From Candidatus Latescibacterota bacterium (GTDB lineage Bacteria > Latescibacterota > UBA2968), in contig OZ244960.1 of NCBI GenBank assembly GCA_965222605.1, forward strand, positions 4,288,001 through 4,352,000: DNA of 64,000 nucleotides, written 5' to 3'. A program made the position numbers and the translations under genes. Position 1 is the first letter of the stretch, and every line of letters begins with the position of its first letter. This document shows positions 8,988 to 19,288 of the stretch, in pieces. Below the pieces are notes generated by a model. That model saw only the letters and a list, made by a program, of their open reading frames with translations. It ran no database searches and was not told where the DNA came from.

Positions 8988-10283
8988 ATGACACAAAAAG
9001 ATTTGGAGCAACTCAAACCCTTTGAGGCGCGGGCAATTATTGAAGATCTCCGAAAAGGTAGCGTGCCGATTGAGTATGTGCCCTTTTTTACTGTGGGTCG
9101 CCAGAACTGGTTGAAGTTTATCGAAGAAGACCTGGATAACTACATCGCAGAGGGGGGCGCGAAGGTTCGCTTTGTCAATGGTGACTACGGCGATGGCAAA
9201 ACGCATTTTATGTCGGTTATCAAGCACCTCGCGCTTCAAAAAAAATTCGCCGTGTCTTTTGTGGTGCTCACGCGCGAAGTGCCCATACACAAATTTGAGA
9301 TTGTCTATCAAATTATTGTGCGGCAACTTTGCGGTTCTTTTGAGGGCGTTGGTATCCGACAACTCGTTGATGCGTGGGTCGAAAATCTGAAAACCGATCT
9401 GACAGATGACGCACCCCTTGAAGAACAACTTTTTTTTGTGGGCGAAAGCCTGCGTGCCCTTTCTGGGATGGATCTCAACTTTGCCAACGCTCTGATTGGG
9501 TTGGCAGACAATCGTCTCAGACCTCTCGAGGTAGGTGAAGACGAAGAGGCGCGTGCATATCAGCGGGAGATTCTCTACCAGTGGTTTGAAGGCGCGCGGG
9601 TGAGCAAGCGAGAACTCAAACCGTTCCAGATTTTTGAAGCCCTTGATAAGACCAATAGCAAGCGATTTCTGACCTCGCTCATTGTCTTTTTGCGGCATCT
9701 CAACTACAAGGGCCTCGTGCTGTTGATGGACGAATTGGAAACCGTGATCGCCCAATCGACAACCATTCGCAATGCGTCATACGAAAATGTCCGCTTGCTG
9801 ATCGACAATGCCGAGCAGGCATCTTATTTGCATATTTTTATGTCCATCATTCCCGATGTGACGCTCTCAGAAAAGGGATTTAAGTCCTATGACGCCCTGT
9901 GGAGTCGCGTGCGTTCCATTGGGGAAAGCAAAAGACTGAATTACCGCAGCGTGTTGGTAGATCTTCACAGGACGCCTTTGGAAACGAGCGAGTTGGTCAA
10001 TCTGGGACTTTGCCTGAAACGCATTCACGAACTGTCCTACCGATGGGATGCCCAGGAACAGGTTGATGAAGCGTTGCTTAAAAAGATGTGTGCAGCGCAA
10101 AAGCGCATGGGGCTTTTAAGTGAGGTTCGGCTCTATATCAAGCAAGTCATCCGCATACTCGACATGGCCGAGCAAGGTGTGCCGCCAGACGAAGATATGG
10201 ATATGGCCGAGCAACTCGTGGTCAGCCAGCGGGAAATGGATCAAGAAAAAGTTGAGCAACTTCAACCGACGTGGGATGCCTGA
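8988..10283 (+). CDS. DUF2791 / BrxD-like P-loop ATPase
   Basis: LRKGSVP..VGR N-terminus, Walker A GDYGDGKTH, Walker B LLMDELE, SYDALWSR. Confidence 0.85.
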   Translation: MTQKDLEQLKPFEARAIIEDLRKGSVPIEYVPFFTVGRQNWLKFIEEDLDNYIAEGGAKVRFVNGDYGDGKTHFMSVIKHLALQKKFAVSFVVLTREVPIHKFEIVYQIIVRQLCGSFEGVGIRQLVDAWVENLKTDLTDDAPLEEQLFFVGESLRALSGMDLNFANALIGLADNRLRPLEVGEDEEARAYQREILYQWFEGARVSKRELKPFQIFEALDKTNSKRFLTSLIVFLRHLNYKGLVLLMDELETVIAQSTTIRNASYENVRLLIDNAEQASYLHIFMSIIPDVTLSEKGFKSYDALWSRVRSIGESKRLNYRSVLVDLHRTPLETSELVNLGLCLKRIHELSYRWDAQEQVDEALLKKMCAAQKRMGLLSEVRLYIKQVIRILDMAEQGVPPDEDMDMAEQLVVSQREMDQEKVEQLQPTWDA

Positions 10284-11500
10284 TGACCGACTTTCACACC
10301 CCATCCAATGAAACGGAATTCCACCTGCGGCGTGCAACAGAACGCCTGCGGGAGGGGCTTTTTGATCCGGTTGCGGTTCGCTTGCTCACAGCCCGCGAAA
10401 GCCGCCTGAACAAAATCATTGACCGCGACTTTCAAAAACTCGATCAAAATAAGGCGACCCACCTGTGCATCTGTGGGGCTTATGGACAGGGTAAATCGCA
10501 CAGTTTGAACTATATCCAGGACAGGGCCCTGCGCGAAAATTTTGTGACCAGCCTGATCAATTTGGACCCTCGAGAAATTCCCTTTCACGATATGCGACGG
10601 GTCTATCATGCCCTGGTCGCCTCTATGAGATTTCCAGACACAGACACCTCATGGGCAGCGCGATGGCGCGTTTTTGCCGCTGGCCTGCCGCACGAAGACT
10701 TTGAAGACCGGGTCGCCCCGCTTTTACACCGTGAAATGCCACACCTGTTCCGATCTGTCCTGACCGCGATGGCTCAAAAAACAATCTCCCTTTCAAAGCG
10801 ACAGCGCGGCACCAAAAAACACGCCTCATACCGCCCTCGTGAATTTCCCTACCTGCTTTCCCGCGCGCTTACAGGCGATGTGGTTCCGGTCTATCGCCTG
10901 CGCCATGCCCTCAAGTACCGACAGGTTGATTTTTACAAAGATGAATCACTTACCTGTAAAGGTGCAGAGCCTTATCTTCAAATGATTCGCGGATTGGGGC
11001 AGCTTTTCCAGATGATGGGCTACCGGGGATGGGTGTTGTTGTTTGACGAAGGAGAATCGATTTCTCAAGTGCGCGTGACCAGCCGCAGCCGCAGTTACCA
11101 GATTCTGGATCAGATGCTTTTCCCTGAAGTTCCGTCCGCATCTGTTTATCCGGTTTTTGCCTTTACAGACGACTTTTTTTACAAAGTAGATGAAGAAGAA
11201 TACGACCGCGTGCGAATCCGCAACGAAGAGGAAATTCCCTATTTTGAGAAAAATTACGCCCGTGCATGGACGGGTCTGAAACGCTATCCCCTTCAGGATT
11301 TGTCTGCCAAAGAGTGGCACGCGTTGATCGAAAAATTGATGCACTTGCATGCCAGAGCTTATCAGTGGCAGCCCGATGCCGATGTGCAGCGCGACATGAC
11401 CCGACGATTATCGCACATGCAAGGGCAGGAGACGCGCTATCGGCTCAAAGGTCTGGTCGATGAATTGGACCTCGCACATCAAGCCCAAATACTGATTTAA
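10283..11500 (+). CDS. Second DUF2791 / BrxD-like P-loop ATPase
   Basis: ERLREG N-terminus, Walker A GAYGQGKSH, Walker B LLFDEGE; TGATG stop/start overlap with the previous gene. Confidence 0.8.
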   Translation: MTDFHTPSNETEFHLRRATERLREGLFDPVAVRLLTARESRLNKIIDRDFQKLDQNKATHLCICGAYGQGKSHSLNYIQDRALRENFVTSLINLDPREIPFHDMRRVYHALVASMRFPDTDTSWAARWRVFAAGLPHEDFEDRVAPLLHREMPHLFRSVLTAMAQKTISLSKRQRGTKKHASYRPREFPYLLSRALTGDVVPVYRLRHALKYRQVDFYKDESLTCKGAEPYLQMIRGLGQLFQMMGYRGWVLLFDEGESISQVRVTSRSRSYQILDQMLFPEVPSASVYPVFAFTDDFFYKVDEEEYDRVRIRNEEEIPYFEKNYARAWTGLKRYPLQDLSAKEWHALIEKLMHLHARAYQWQPDADVQRDMTRRLSHMQGQETRYRLKGLVDELDLAHQAQILI

Positions 11501-11529
11501 ACCCTATCAGCACATGTTTTGTAACCACC

Positions 11530-14500
11530 ATGTCTGAACCTATCTCGCCTCTGCTTCAACTGCCCAATACCTGCCGCGCATTCTACGGCTCTTTTCCCCA
11601 TCTCTATCCCTTTCAAAAGCAAGCGATTGAACCGCTCTTGCAGGGCAAAGATCTGATCTTACAATCGGCAACCGGCTCTGGCAAAACCGAAGCCGTGCTG
11701 GCGCCGTGTATCGAGCGCGTGATTCAATCGGGGCGGCGACAAACCGCGCTTTATGTGGTGCCCACCCGCGCCCTGGCCGTGGATTTGGAACGCCGTTTGA
11801 CGCCTGTCTTAAAGGACAGACTCGGCCTGCAAATTGGAATACGCACGGGCGATTTCAAACGGGCGGGCGGGGCATTGCCCGATTTGTTATTGACAACGCC
11901 CGAATCTTTTGATGTGCTCATGGGCAGTCCAAATGCAGATTTAAAACAGTTTGTACAGCGCATTCGCACGGTCATTATCGATGAAGCACATCCTTTTATT
12001 CATCAGTATCGCGGGCGGCAATTATCCTATTTGCTCACGCGCTTGCAACGCCGCATCGCCCATCCCGTGCAAAAGATCGCCCTTTCCGCCACGCTTTCCG
12101 ATGTCGAGGAGGTCGCCCGTTTTTTTGGCTTCCGAACCGATACCGTTTTCCTGACCGAATCTGTCCAACGCGATATTGTCCCCCATCTGATCCATCTCAA
12201 AAACGATGAGGTCGAACTCGTCGCGCTCCTAAACGATCTCTACGAAACCTACGAGTATCGCAAAATTTTGTTATTCGCCAACAGCCGGGGGTGTTGCGAC
12301 CGGCTGTTTTCTCTTTTGTCGCGTCAGGGTGCGTTTCAAGGTGTTACTGACCTCCACTACTCCAACCTCAATGCCAGCACGCGCCGCGCCGTGGAATACC
12401 GATTTCGCCGCCGCGAACACGCCCTTTGCATTGCCACCAGCACCCTTGAACTCGGCATAGATATCGGCGATGTGGATAGCGTCTTGCTCTACGAACCGCC
12501 GGATTCCATATCGGCCTTTCTCCAGCGCATTGGTCGCTCCAACCGGCGAGAGGGGCGTACGCACTTTTGGGGAATATGCCGCGGCGCAGATGCACAGGCG
12601 CAATTGCTCAGATTTTTGGGAATGCTCAACAGGGCGCGCCGCGGCCATATTGAAACACCGCAACCCAAAACTCTGCCCAGCGTTCTCGTCCAGCAAATGC
12701 TCTCCTGCCTCTACGAAAAGAAAACTATCACGCAGTCTGCTCTTTGCGATTTGTTTCCAGACCAGCGAGATATGATCGCACCGTTGTTTGAGGCCATGGC
12801 GCGGCAACAGTGGCTGCAAAAAGATCGCGTCACGGGCCTTTTTAAGGGTGGATGGTGCTATCGCGATTGTTTTTTAGAACGGCGTATTTGGAGCAATTTT
12901 CCCGACATGGAAGAGGATTATGTGCTGGAATATGCGGGCGAAGCCATTGCAGACTTGCCCAAATTCATCGTTCGGCAATTGGAACTCGGCGACCGCGTGC
13001 AACTGACGGGCAAACGATTGCGCGTTTTGAATATTGAAACGGGTGAACGCAAAAGAGTTATTGCCCAACCCACCGATCAAATAGAAACCAAAGAGCTTTT
13101 CTGGCTGGGTGCGGGGTTTCGGGTTTCTTATGAAGTCGCACAATCGGTTCGAGATGTACTTCAGACAGATGTGCAACAAAGCGCGTCTGGCTTATTTTCC
13201 CGCACGCGAAAATTGTTCAACGATGCGGCAAAAAGGCTAAAGCGCGTGGTCGTTTTGCACAATGGCATCGAAGTTGAGCGCAGCTTGAACAACTTGTATC
13301 GCTATCGCACCTATCTCGGTTCTGTAGGCAATCTCGTGCTTCAGTGGATTATTGAACGCGATTACGGCGATCTCAAAGATTTTATGGTGACTTCCGATAG
13401 TATCGGTATCGATTGTTCTCATTGGATTGATTTTCAAACGCTCCACCTCCCACAAGACCGCGAAGATTTTGTCCAATGGGTGGCAAATCATCTCGAATCC
13501 CTGTATAGCCTGTTTCAGCTCAATGCCTTTTGCGAGGCATTGCCCGGCGCCTTGTTGGTGCAAGAAGTGACAGATTTCCTCTTTGACCCGCGCGTTGCCA
13601 AAACCTTCCAGCACTACCTGAAACACCCTTCGGAAATCGCATCTGGCGATCCTGGCCTGCTCACGGAAGATATCCATGTGACCGAATCTCACCCCATTTT
13701 TTTGGATACAAAAATACAAACCGATCTGCTCACCAGGGAAAAACAGCGGTGGCATGCGGATCGACACGCGGAACAGCCATCTGACCTACAGTATCGCCCG
13801 CGGTCACTCACGGGCACAATGGTGGGCGCGTATTTTTTGCACCATCAATGTGAACGGTGGTTGGCCCTCAATTTTGTTCCAGCTAAACAAAGGCGGTGGC
13901 GAGATAGCGATACAGATTTGGACACTCTTCGGATGGAACGGGGAAACCTGCACGAAAAACAGGTGCTGAATCGCATTCGGAATGTCTTGCACGAAGTGCC
14001 GGCCTTTGATACCAACGGCACGCGACTTTCTCTCAAATCGCGATTTGAAACAACCCGAACGCTGTTGAAAGATCTGGCACGCGACGCAACCTCCAATCAA
14101 TCTACATTTTTGTTTCAAGCTGTCCTGATCCAACCATCTGTTTTGGGACAACAAGACCACTGGGTGAGCGAGGTAGATGGCATCGGTATTCCCGATCTCA
14201 TCCGCATTTCAAAAGAAGACCGCGGCGTTGTGTTGCAAGTGGGCGATATCAAAGACAGTCGCAGGCCCTACGAGACACAAAAGTGGCAGGTTGCATTTTA
14301 CGCCTATATGCTCGACAGCTTGATCGCACAGCACGAGTTGCCCATGCGCGTGGCGTCTTCGGGATTTTTGATGCTGCGTCCCGCACAGGAAAACGAAGCC
14401 CCCGAACCGCATTTTTTTGATCTCGAACCCTACCTGGCGGCACTTCCTATGCTGTTTCGAAATATGGGCAACGTATTGCAACGCGCACCTGCCCGCGCGC

Positions 14501-17211
14501 GTTATCACCTCCAAACCCACTGTACGGGGTGCCCCAATTTTGAGGCGTGTTATCGGGAAGCACTTCAGACAGAGGATATTCACCTTTTGCCGCATCTGAG
14601 CGCGGGGACGTTGCAAAAGTTTCGCCAATGCGGTCTCAAAACTATGGCATCTGCCCATGCGTGGTTTGAATCTGCGTCCGCTTCAGAAGGCGATCTTTTC
14701 AGCCCACATCAAAAAACACAACTTTCGGGTCAACTCGCCGCGCTTCAGGCAAATAAAATTGGTCTAAAGAAAGAAAAAACGCGGTTTTATCCGAGCAATC
14801 TGTCCACCGCCATTTTCATATATGTCGTCGAAGATCCCCTTTCTGGGCTCCCACGCGCGATAGGTTGGCGCGCTGTGCAGGGGGCAACGGTGGTCGAGAA
14901 CCATATCTGGCATGTCGCATCGGAGCGCGAGTTATCAGAGGCATTGCAGGACTTCACAGCGCGTTTTTTGTCCGTCTGGAATCAGAGCATCAAAGGCGGA
15001 CGGGGACCGCATATCTTTCATTTTGGAGCGCGTTGCTGGCAAACTTTTGAAGAATGGTGCGAGTCATCAGAAGACCTGTCTTTTTTGTTTTTGCCCCATC
15101 GCAACCACCGAACAGATTTGCAAAAGCTGATCGCGTCGCACTTCGACTTTCCAATGCCGGGAAATCCGACGCTTTTTGCCCTCAATCGCCTGTTGGGTCT
15201 CAATGCCGAACTTCCCGAACCGCAAAGTCTGTTTCATTTTGATGACGACGAATGGATACAAAATGAAGACGAAAAAAAAATGGTTGACTATCTCAACGCG
15301 GTATTGAGCCTGAAAATATCGCTGTGGCAATGGACATCATCGCACTTGACGAGCGATTGGGAACAAGACGAATGGAAAGATGAGGAACACAGCCCGCAAA
15401 CGGCCTATTTAAATTTTCTATCAGAGGAGCAGCGGCTCCGCGAAGAAGATGTGCTCGCCTTGCAAGCCCTGCCACTGTCAGAACGCGTTGAACGCTTTCG
15501 CGCGATTGGTCCCATCCGTTTTCGGAAAACGACGCTTGACGACGAAGGCCGCTTCCTCTACGAATTTCAAACAGAAGCGGGCCTCTCAAAATTTCGCGCG
15601 GGCGATTTTCTCAAACTTGCACCTGTTGGCCTGTTAGATGTGCAAAACGGTTTGTCCGTCATCCTGACAGATCACAGCTCGGAACGCCTGTGGGTGCAGT
15701 CTCGGCAGGGACGATTGGCCTTAAACGAGAGACTTTTGTATTCTCTGGAAGAGGACCTGACCGATTGGAATGGCCCTCGCCTGGTTCACGCTGTTCAGGC
15801 TGTTTTTTTCGAAGATCATTTCCACCTCCTATCCAAGCTATTTTCTGGCACCTGGCGCACGGCAAGAGAACCCGACGCGCTGAGATGGGTGCATAATTGG
15901 ATGCGCGGATTTGGCGCGATATCCGGACTCAATGCAATGCAACAACAGGCACTATCATTGCCTTTTAAGCATCGCTTGAGCCTGATTGAAGGGCCGCCAG
16001 GAACGGGTAAAACACACTTATTGGGCTGGATATTGGTTGCATTGATTCTGCATGCTCAAGAGCAGGGCAGACCGCTGCGTATTGCCGTCAGCGCGTTGAC
16101 GCATCAGGCCATTGACCAGGTGCTGAAAAAAGTGGTCGCGCTCGTCAAACAACACGGCTTGCAGGGCTTTCCCGCCCGATGCTTCAAATTGGGACGGTGG
16201 GATTTGACAGAGCGCGGGGTAGAACCCTTAGAGGATGTGGAAACACTCGCAGAATCTCCTTATGCAATTGTAGGTGCCACGGGATTTGGTCTCTATCAGC
16301 TACTCGAAGGTCGCAAAGGGACTTTCCCGCAGGTATTTGATTGGGTTGTGTTTGATGAGGCATCTCAAATGCTCATTCCCCAGGCCCTGTTGAGCCTGCT
16401 CTATGGCAAGGGAAATTTTCTGTTTGCCGGAGATACAAAACAATTACCGCCCATTGTCCTGGGAGATTACAAAGGGAAGGAAATGAGCATACATCATTCC
16501 GCGCTGTCCCATCTTATCAATCAATACGATCCCTCGCACCGCGTTCGATTGGATCGCACGTATCGGATGAACGAAGACCTGTGTTCTTTTCCCAGTCACA
16601 TGTGGTATGACCGCGATCTTCGCGCCCACGCTGGCAATGCACAAAACCGACTCGTGCTGCAACATACCGACCACCGCGATCTTTTAGACCGCGTTCTCGA
16701 TCTCAAAAAACCAGTTGTACTCCTCATCGTAGATCACCAGGGCCACCACCAGAAATCCGATGAGGAAATTGAGATTACAACCCAACTCGCTCATCGCCTG
16801 ATTGCCGAACACGGTTTGGATCCCGATCAAATCGCGCTGATTTCTCCCCACCGCGCACAAAACAACGCCACTGCGGACCGCCTCACACAGCGACTTGGAG
16901 ATGCCAACGCCAAACTGCCCTTAATCGATACGGTAGAACGCGTGCAAGGCGCAGAGCGCGATGTGATTTTGTATGCGTTCACCACCTCCGATCCCGACTA
17001 TGTCTCCAGCCCATTTTTGAACAACCCAAATCGCTTTAATGTGGCAATCACACGCGCCCGACAAAAGCTGATTGTGGTGGGCAGCAAAGCATTTTTCTCT
17101 GCCATTCCACAAACAGAGGACGCCTTAAAAGCCAACCGCTGTTTTAAGGCGTTTTACGAATTTTGTCGAGAACGAGATAGCCTCTTTTTTTTGGGTGGAA
17201 CTAACTCCTAA
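11530..17211 (+). CDS. Fusion of Lhr-like DEAH SF2 helicase, RecB/Cas4-like (TM0106-type) nuclease and Upf1/Dna2-like SF1 helicase
   Basis: SF2: ATGSGKT, PTRAL, DEAH, SAT, ATSTLELGIDIG, QRIGRSNR. Nuclease: GIPDL, DIK, QVAFY, CTGCPNFEAC. SF1: GPPGTGKT, DEASQ, GDTKQLPP, TYRM, QGAERD, NVAITRAR. Confidence 0.88.
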   Translation: MSEPISPLLQLPNTCRAFYGSFPHLYPFQKQAIEPLLQGKDLILQSATGSGKTEAVLAPCIERVIQSGRRQTALYVVPTRALAVDLERRLTPVLKDRLGLQIGIRTGDFKRAGGALPDLLLTTPESFDVLMGSPNADLKQFVQRIRTVIIDEAHPFIHQYRGRQLSYLLTRLQRRIAHPVQKIALSATLSDVEEVARFFGFRTDTVFLTESVQRDIVPHLIHLKNDEVELVALLNDLYETYEYRKILLFANSRGCCDRLFSLLSRQGAFQGVTDLHYSNLNASTRRAVEYRFRRREHALCIATSTLELGIDIGDVDSVLLYEPPDSISAFLQRIGRSNRREGRTHFWGICRGADAQAQLLRFLGMLNRARRGHIETPQPKTLPSVLVQQMLSCLYEKKTITQSALCDLFPDQRDMIAPLFEAMARQQWLQKDRVTGLFKGGWCYRDCFLERRIWSNFPDMEEDYVLEYAGEAIADLPKFIVRQLELGDRVQLTGKRLRVLNIETGERKRVIAQPTDQIETKELFWLGAGFRVSYEVAQSVRDVLQTDVQQSASGLFSRTRKLFNDAAKRLKRVVVLHNGIEVERSLNNLYRYRTYLGSVGNLVLQWIIERDYGDLKDFMVTSDSIGIDCSHWIDFQTLHLPQDREDFVQWVANHLESLYSLFQLNAFCEALPGALLVQEVTDFLFDPRVAKTFQHYLKHPSEIASGDPGLLTEDIHVTESHPIFLDTKIQTDLLTREKQRWHADRHAEQPSDLQYRPRSLTGTMVGAYFLHHQCERWLALNFVPAKQRRWRDSDTDLDTLRMERGNLHEKQVLNRIRNVLHEVPAFDTNGTRLSLKSRFETTRTLLKDLARDATSNQSTFLFQAVLIQPSVLGQQDHWVSEVDGIGIPDLIRISKEDRGVVLQVGDIKDSRRPYETQKWQVAFYAYMLDSLIAQHELPMRVASSGFLMLRPAQENEAPEPHFFDLEPYLAALPMLFRNMGNVLQRAPARARYHLQTHCTGCPNFEACYREALQTEDIHLLPHLSAGTLQKFRQCGLKTMASAHAWFESASASEGDLFSPHQKTQLSGQLAALQANKIGLKKEKTRFYPSNLSTAIFIYVVEDPLSGLPRAIGWRAVQGATVVENHIWHVASERELSEALQDFTARFLSVWNQSIKGGRGPHIFHFGARCWQTFEEWCESSEDLSFLFLPHRNHRTDLQKLIASHFDFPMPGNPTLFALNRLLGLNAELPEPQSLFHFDDDEWIQNEDEKKMVDYLNAVLSLKISLWQWTSSHLTSDWEQDEWKDEEHSPQTAYLNFLSEEQRLREEDVLALQALPLSERVERFRAIGPIRFRKTTLDDEGRFLYEFQTEAGLSKFRAGDFLKLAPVGLLDVQNGLSVILTDHSSERLWVQSRQGRLALNERLLYSLEEDLTDWNGPRLVHAVQAVFFEDHFHLLSKLFSGTWRTAREPDALRWVHNWMRGFGAISGLNAMQQQALSLPFKHRLSLIEGPPGTGKTHLLGWILVALILHAQEQGRPLRIAVSALTHQAIDQVLKKVVALVKQHGLQGFPARCFKLGRWDLTERGVEPLEDVETLAESPYAIVGATGFGLYQLLEGRKGTFPQVFDWVVFDEASQMLIPQALLSLLYGKGNFLFAGDTKQLPPIVLGDYKGKEMSIHHSALSHLINQYDPSHRVRLDRTYRMNEDLCSFPSHMWYDRDLRAHAGNAQNRLVLQHTDHRDLLDRVLDLKKPVVLLIVDHQGHHQKSDEEIEITTQLAHRLIAEHGLDPDQIALISPHRAQNNATADRLTQRLGDANAKLPLIDTVERVQGAERDVILYAFTTSDPDYVSSPFLNNPNRFNVAITRARQKLIVVGSKAFFSAIPQTEDALKANRCFKAFYEFCRERDSLFFLGGTNS

Positions 17212-17391
17212 CCCCTAACACTTTGTTCCATCCGAGATGGCTATTGTGAACATATCGTTCAATACATGTTTGCTTTGATGTGGTGTAATTTTTTTTATAA
17301 CAATAAGTTATTGCTCCGGACGGTTCTGGCATAATCCTTGCCTGATTGTAGTGCTTCTTTCAGTTGGTTCCTTTCAGGCAAGGAGGTTTTG

Positions 17392-18930
17392 ATGACTGCG
17401 CGTGTGTTGAGTTGTGCAACACTGGGTATTGATGCGTATATCGTGCATATTGAGGCGGATATTTCGCGTCGGCTTCCCTCGTTTTCAGTGGTGGGTTTGC
17501 CCGATAGTGCTGTGAAGGAAAGCCGGGACCGGGTGATGGCTGCGATTAAAAATGCCGGGCGAACATTTCCAAATAATCGGATTACGGTGAATTTGGCACC
17601 GGCAGATATCCGAAAAGAAGGCTCGGCATTTGATTTGCCGATTGCCATAGGCATTATTGCCGCAATGAGCGGTTCAATTTCACCCGAGAAGCTGTCGCAA
17701 TATCTCATTTTGGGCGAGTTGGCTTTAGATGGCAGGGTGCGTCCTGTGCGCGGTGCGCTGTCAATGGCTGTGGAAGCCAAAAAGGCGGGCTTAAAAGGGT
17801 TGCTCATTCCTGTGGAAAATGCGCGGGAGGCGGCGATTACCGGCGATTTGAATGTTTTGCCGGTGCGCGATTTGGGTGAGGCACTGGATTTTTTGGAGGA
17901 CTACTGCGATATTATGCCCTTTGAAGTCAATAGCAAAGCGATTTTCCGGCAGGCGCGGACCCATCGGGTGGATTTTAAGGATGTGCGCGGACAAGAACAT
18001 GCAAAGCGCGCGCTGGAGGTGGCGGCGGCGGGCGCGCATAACGCGATTCTTATGGGGCCACCCGGGTCGGGGAAGACGATGCTCGCCAGAAGATTGCCGA
18101 CCATTTTACCCGATCTGACCCTGGACGAGGCACTGCAGACGACAAAAATTCACTCGGTGGCGGGGTTGCTGCCACCCGATACGGCAGTGGTGGCGATAAG
18201 GCCCTTTCGGTCGCCGCATCACACGATTTCAGATGCGGGATTGATCGGCGGTGGTCCCTATCCCCGACCGGGAGAAGTGTCGATGGCACATCACGGGGTG
18301 CTGTTTTTGGATGAGCTTCCCGAATTTAAGAAACAGGTTTTGGAGTCCCTGCGCCAACCTATTGAGGACAGTTTTGTGACGATTGCACGGGCGGCGATAT
18401 CGCTTTCATATCCCGCGCAGTTTATGCTCGTTTGCGCTATGAATCCGTGTCCATGCGGGTATTTGGGCGATCCACACCACGAGTGTATTTGCTCGCCACC
18501 TGTGATCCAACGCTATATCAATCGAATCTCGGGACCGTTGATGGATCGCATTGATATTCACGTAGAAGCCCCGGCTGTGCAGTATGAAGAACTGGTCAAT
18601 GAACCCGCTGGCGAGTCTTCCGCAGAGGTTCGCAAGCGCGTGCAAGCCGCCCGGCAAATGCAATTGGAACGGTTTGGGGATTATACAGATTTGTTTAGCA
18701 ACGCGCACATGGGGCCGCGAGAGATTCGGTTGTTTTGTAAAATAGATGATAAGAGCCAGGAGTTGCTGCGGATGGCGATTACGCGATTGGGGCTGTCGGC
18801 GCGGGCTTATGATCGAATCCTGAAGGCGAGCCGCACGATAGCAGACCTGGAGGGTGAAGAGGATATCCAGTCGCGCCATGTTGCCGAGGCGATTCAATAT
18901 CGCAGTCTGGACAGGAGATTGTGGGAGTGA
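17392..18930 (+). CDS. comM: YifB/ComM Mg-chelatase-like AAA+ ATPase
   Basis: VGLPD, NLAPADIRKEGSAFDLPIA, GPPGSGKTM, PFRSPHH, LFLDELPEF, AMNPCPCG; AAGGAGG before ATG 17392. Confidence 0.93.
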   Translation: MTARVLSCATLGIDAYIVHIEADISRRLPSFSVVGLPDSAVKESRDRVMAAIKNAGRTFPNNRITVNLAPADIRKEGSAFDLPIAIGIIAAMSGSISPEKLSQYLILGELALDGRVRPVRGALSMAVEAKKAGLKGLLIPVENAREAAITGDLNVLPVRDLGEALDFLEDYCDIMPFEVNSKAIFRQARTHRVDFKDVRGQEHAKRALEVAAAGAHNAILMGPPGSGKTMLARRLPTILPDLTLDEALQTTKIHSVAGLLPPDTAVVAIRPFRSPHHTISDAGLIGGGPYPRPGEVSMAHHGVLFLDELPEFKKQVLESLRQPIEDSFVTIARAAISLSYPAQFMLVCAMNPCPCGYLGDPHHECICSPPVIQRYINRISGPLMDRIDIHVEAPAVQYEELVNEPAGESSAEVRKRVQAARQMQLERFGDYTDLFSNAHMGPREIRLFCKIDDKSQELLRMAITRLGLSARAYDRILKASRTIADLEGEEDIQSRHVAEAIQYRSLDRRLWE

Positions 18931-18967
18931 GATCACAATTGTAAAACTATGTCCAGGACGGTATATT

Positions 18968-19288
18968 ATGACATTCCTCGAAACATCTGTATTTACACGT
19001 TGCGTTCAAAATGTACTGACCGACGATAGTTATCACCGCTTGCAACTTCTGTTGATACATCGCCCCGATACGGGTGTTGTTATTCCCGGTAGCGGTGGTA
19101 TAAGAAAGATGCGGTGGTCTCCACCGGGACACGGCAAGCGCGGTGGCGTTCGCATCATTTACTATTGGGCAGTGAAGAAGCAGCAAATTTTGATGCTTTT
19201 GATGTATTCAAAAAGTGAGCGAGATGATCTAACGTCAGCACAGCTCAGAATTTTAAGACGCGTTGTTGAGCAGGAGTATCCAAAATGA
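18968..19288 (+). CDS. Type II TA toxin, RelE/HigB family
   Basis: FLET..F, IPGSGGIRKMRW, GKRGGVRIIYYW, YSKSERDDL. Confidence 0.9.
   Translation: MTFLETSVFTRCVQNVLTDDSYHRLQLLLIHRPDTGVVIPGSGGIRKMRWSPPGHGKRGGVRIIYYWAVKKQQILMLLMYSKSERDDLTSAQLRILRRVVEQEYPK

Noticed and set aside
13800-14560. Cas4-like nuclease as a sign of CRISPR-Cas
   Set aside because: No repeat-spacer array or other cas gene is visible in the window; the domain is part of a helicase fusion
8988-17211. Complete BREX or canonical Shango system
   Set aside because: No pglX, pglZ or brxC, and no recognisable TerB-domain gene; only the ATPase/helicase core is shared
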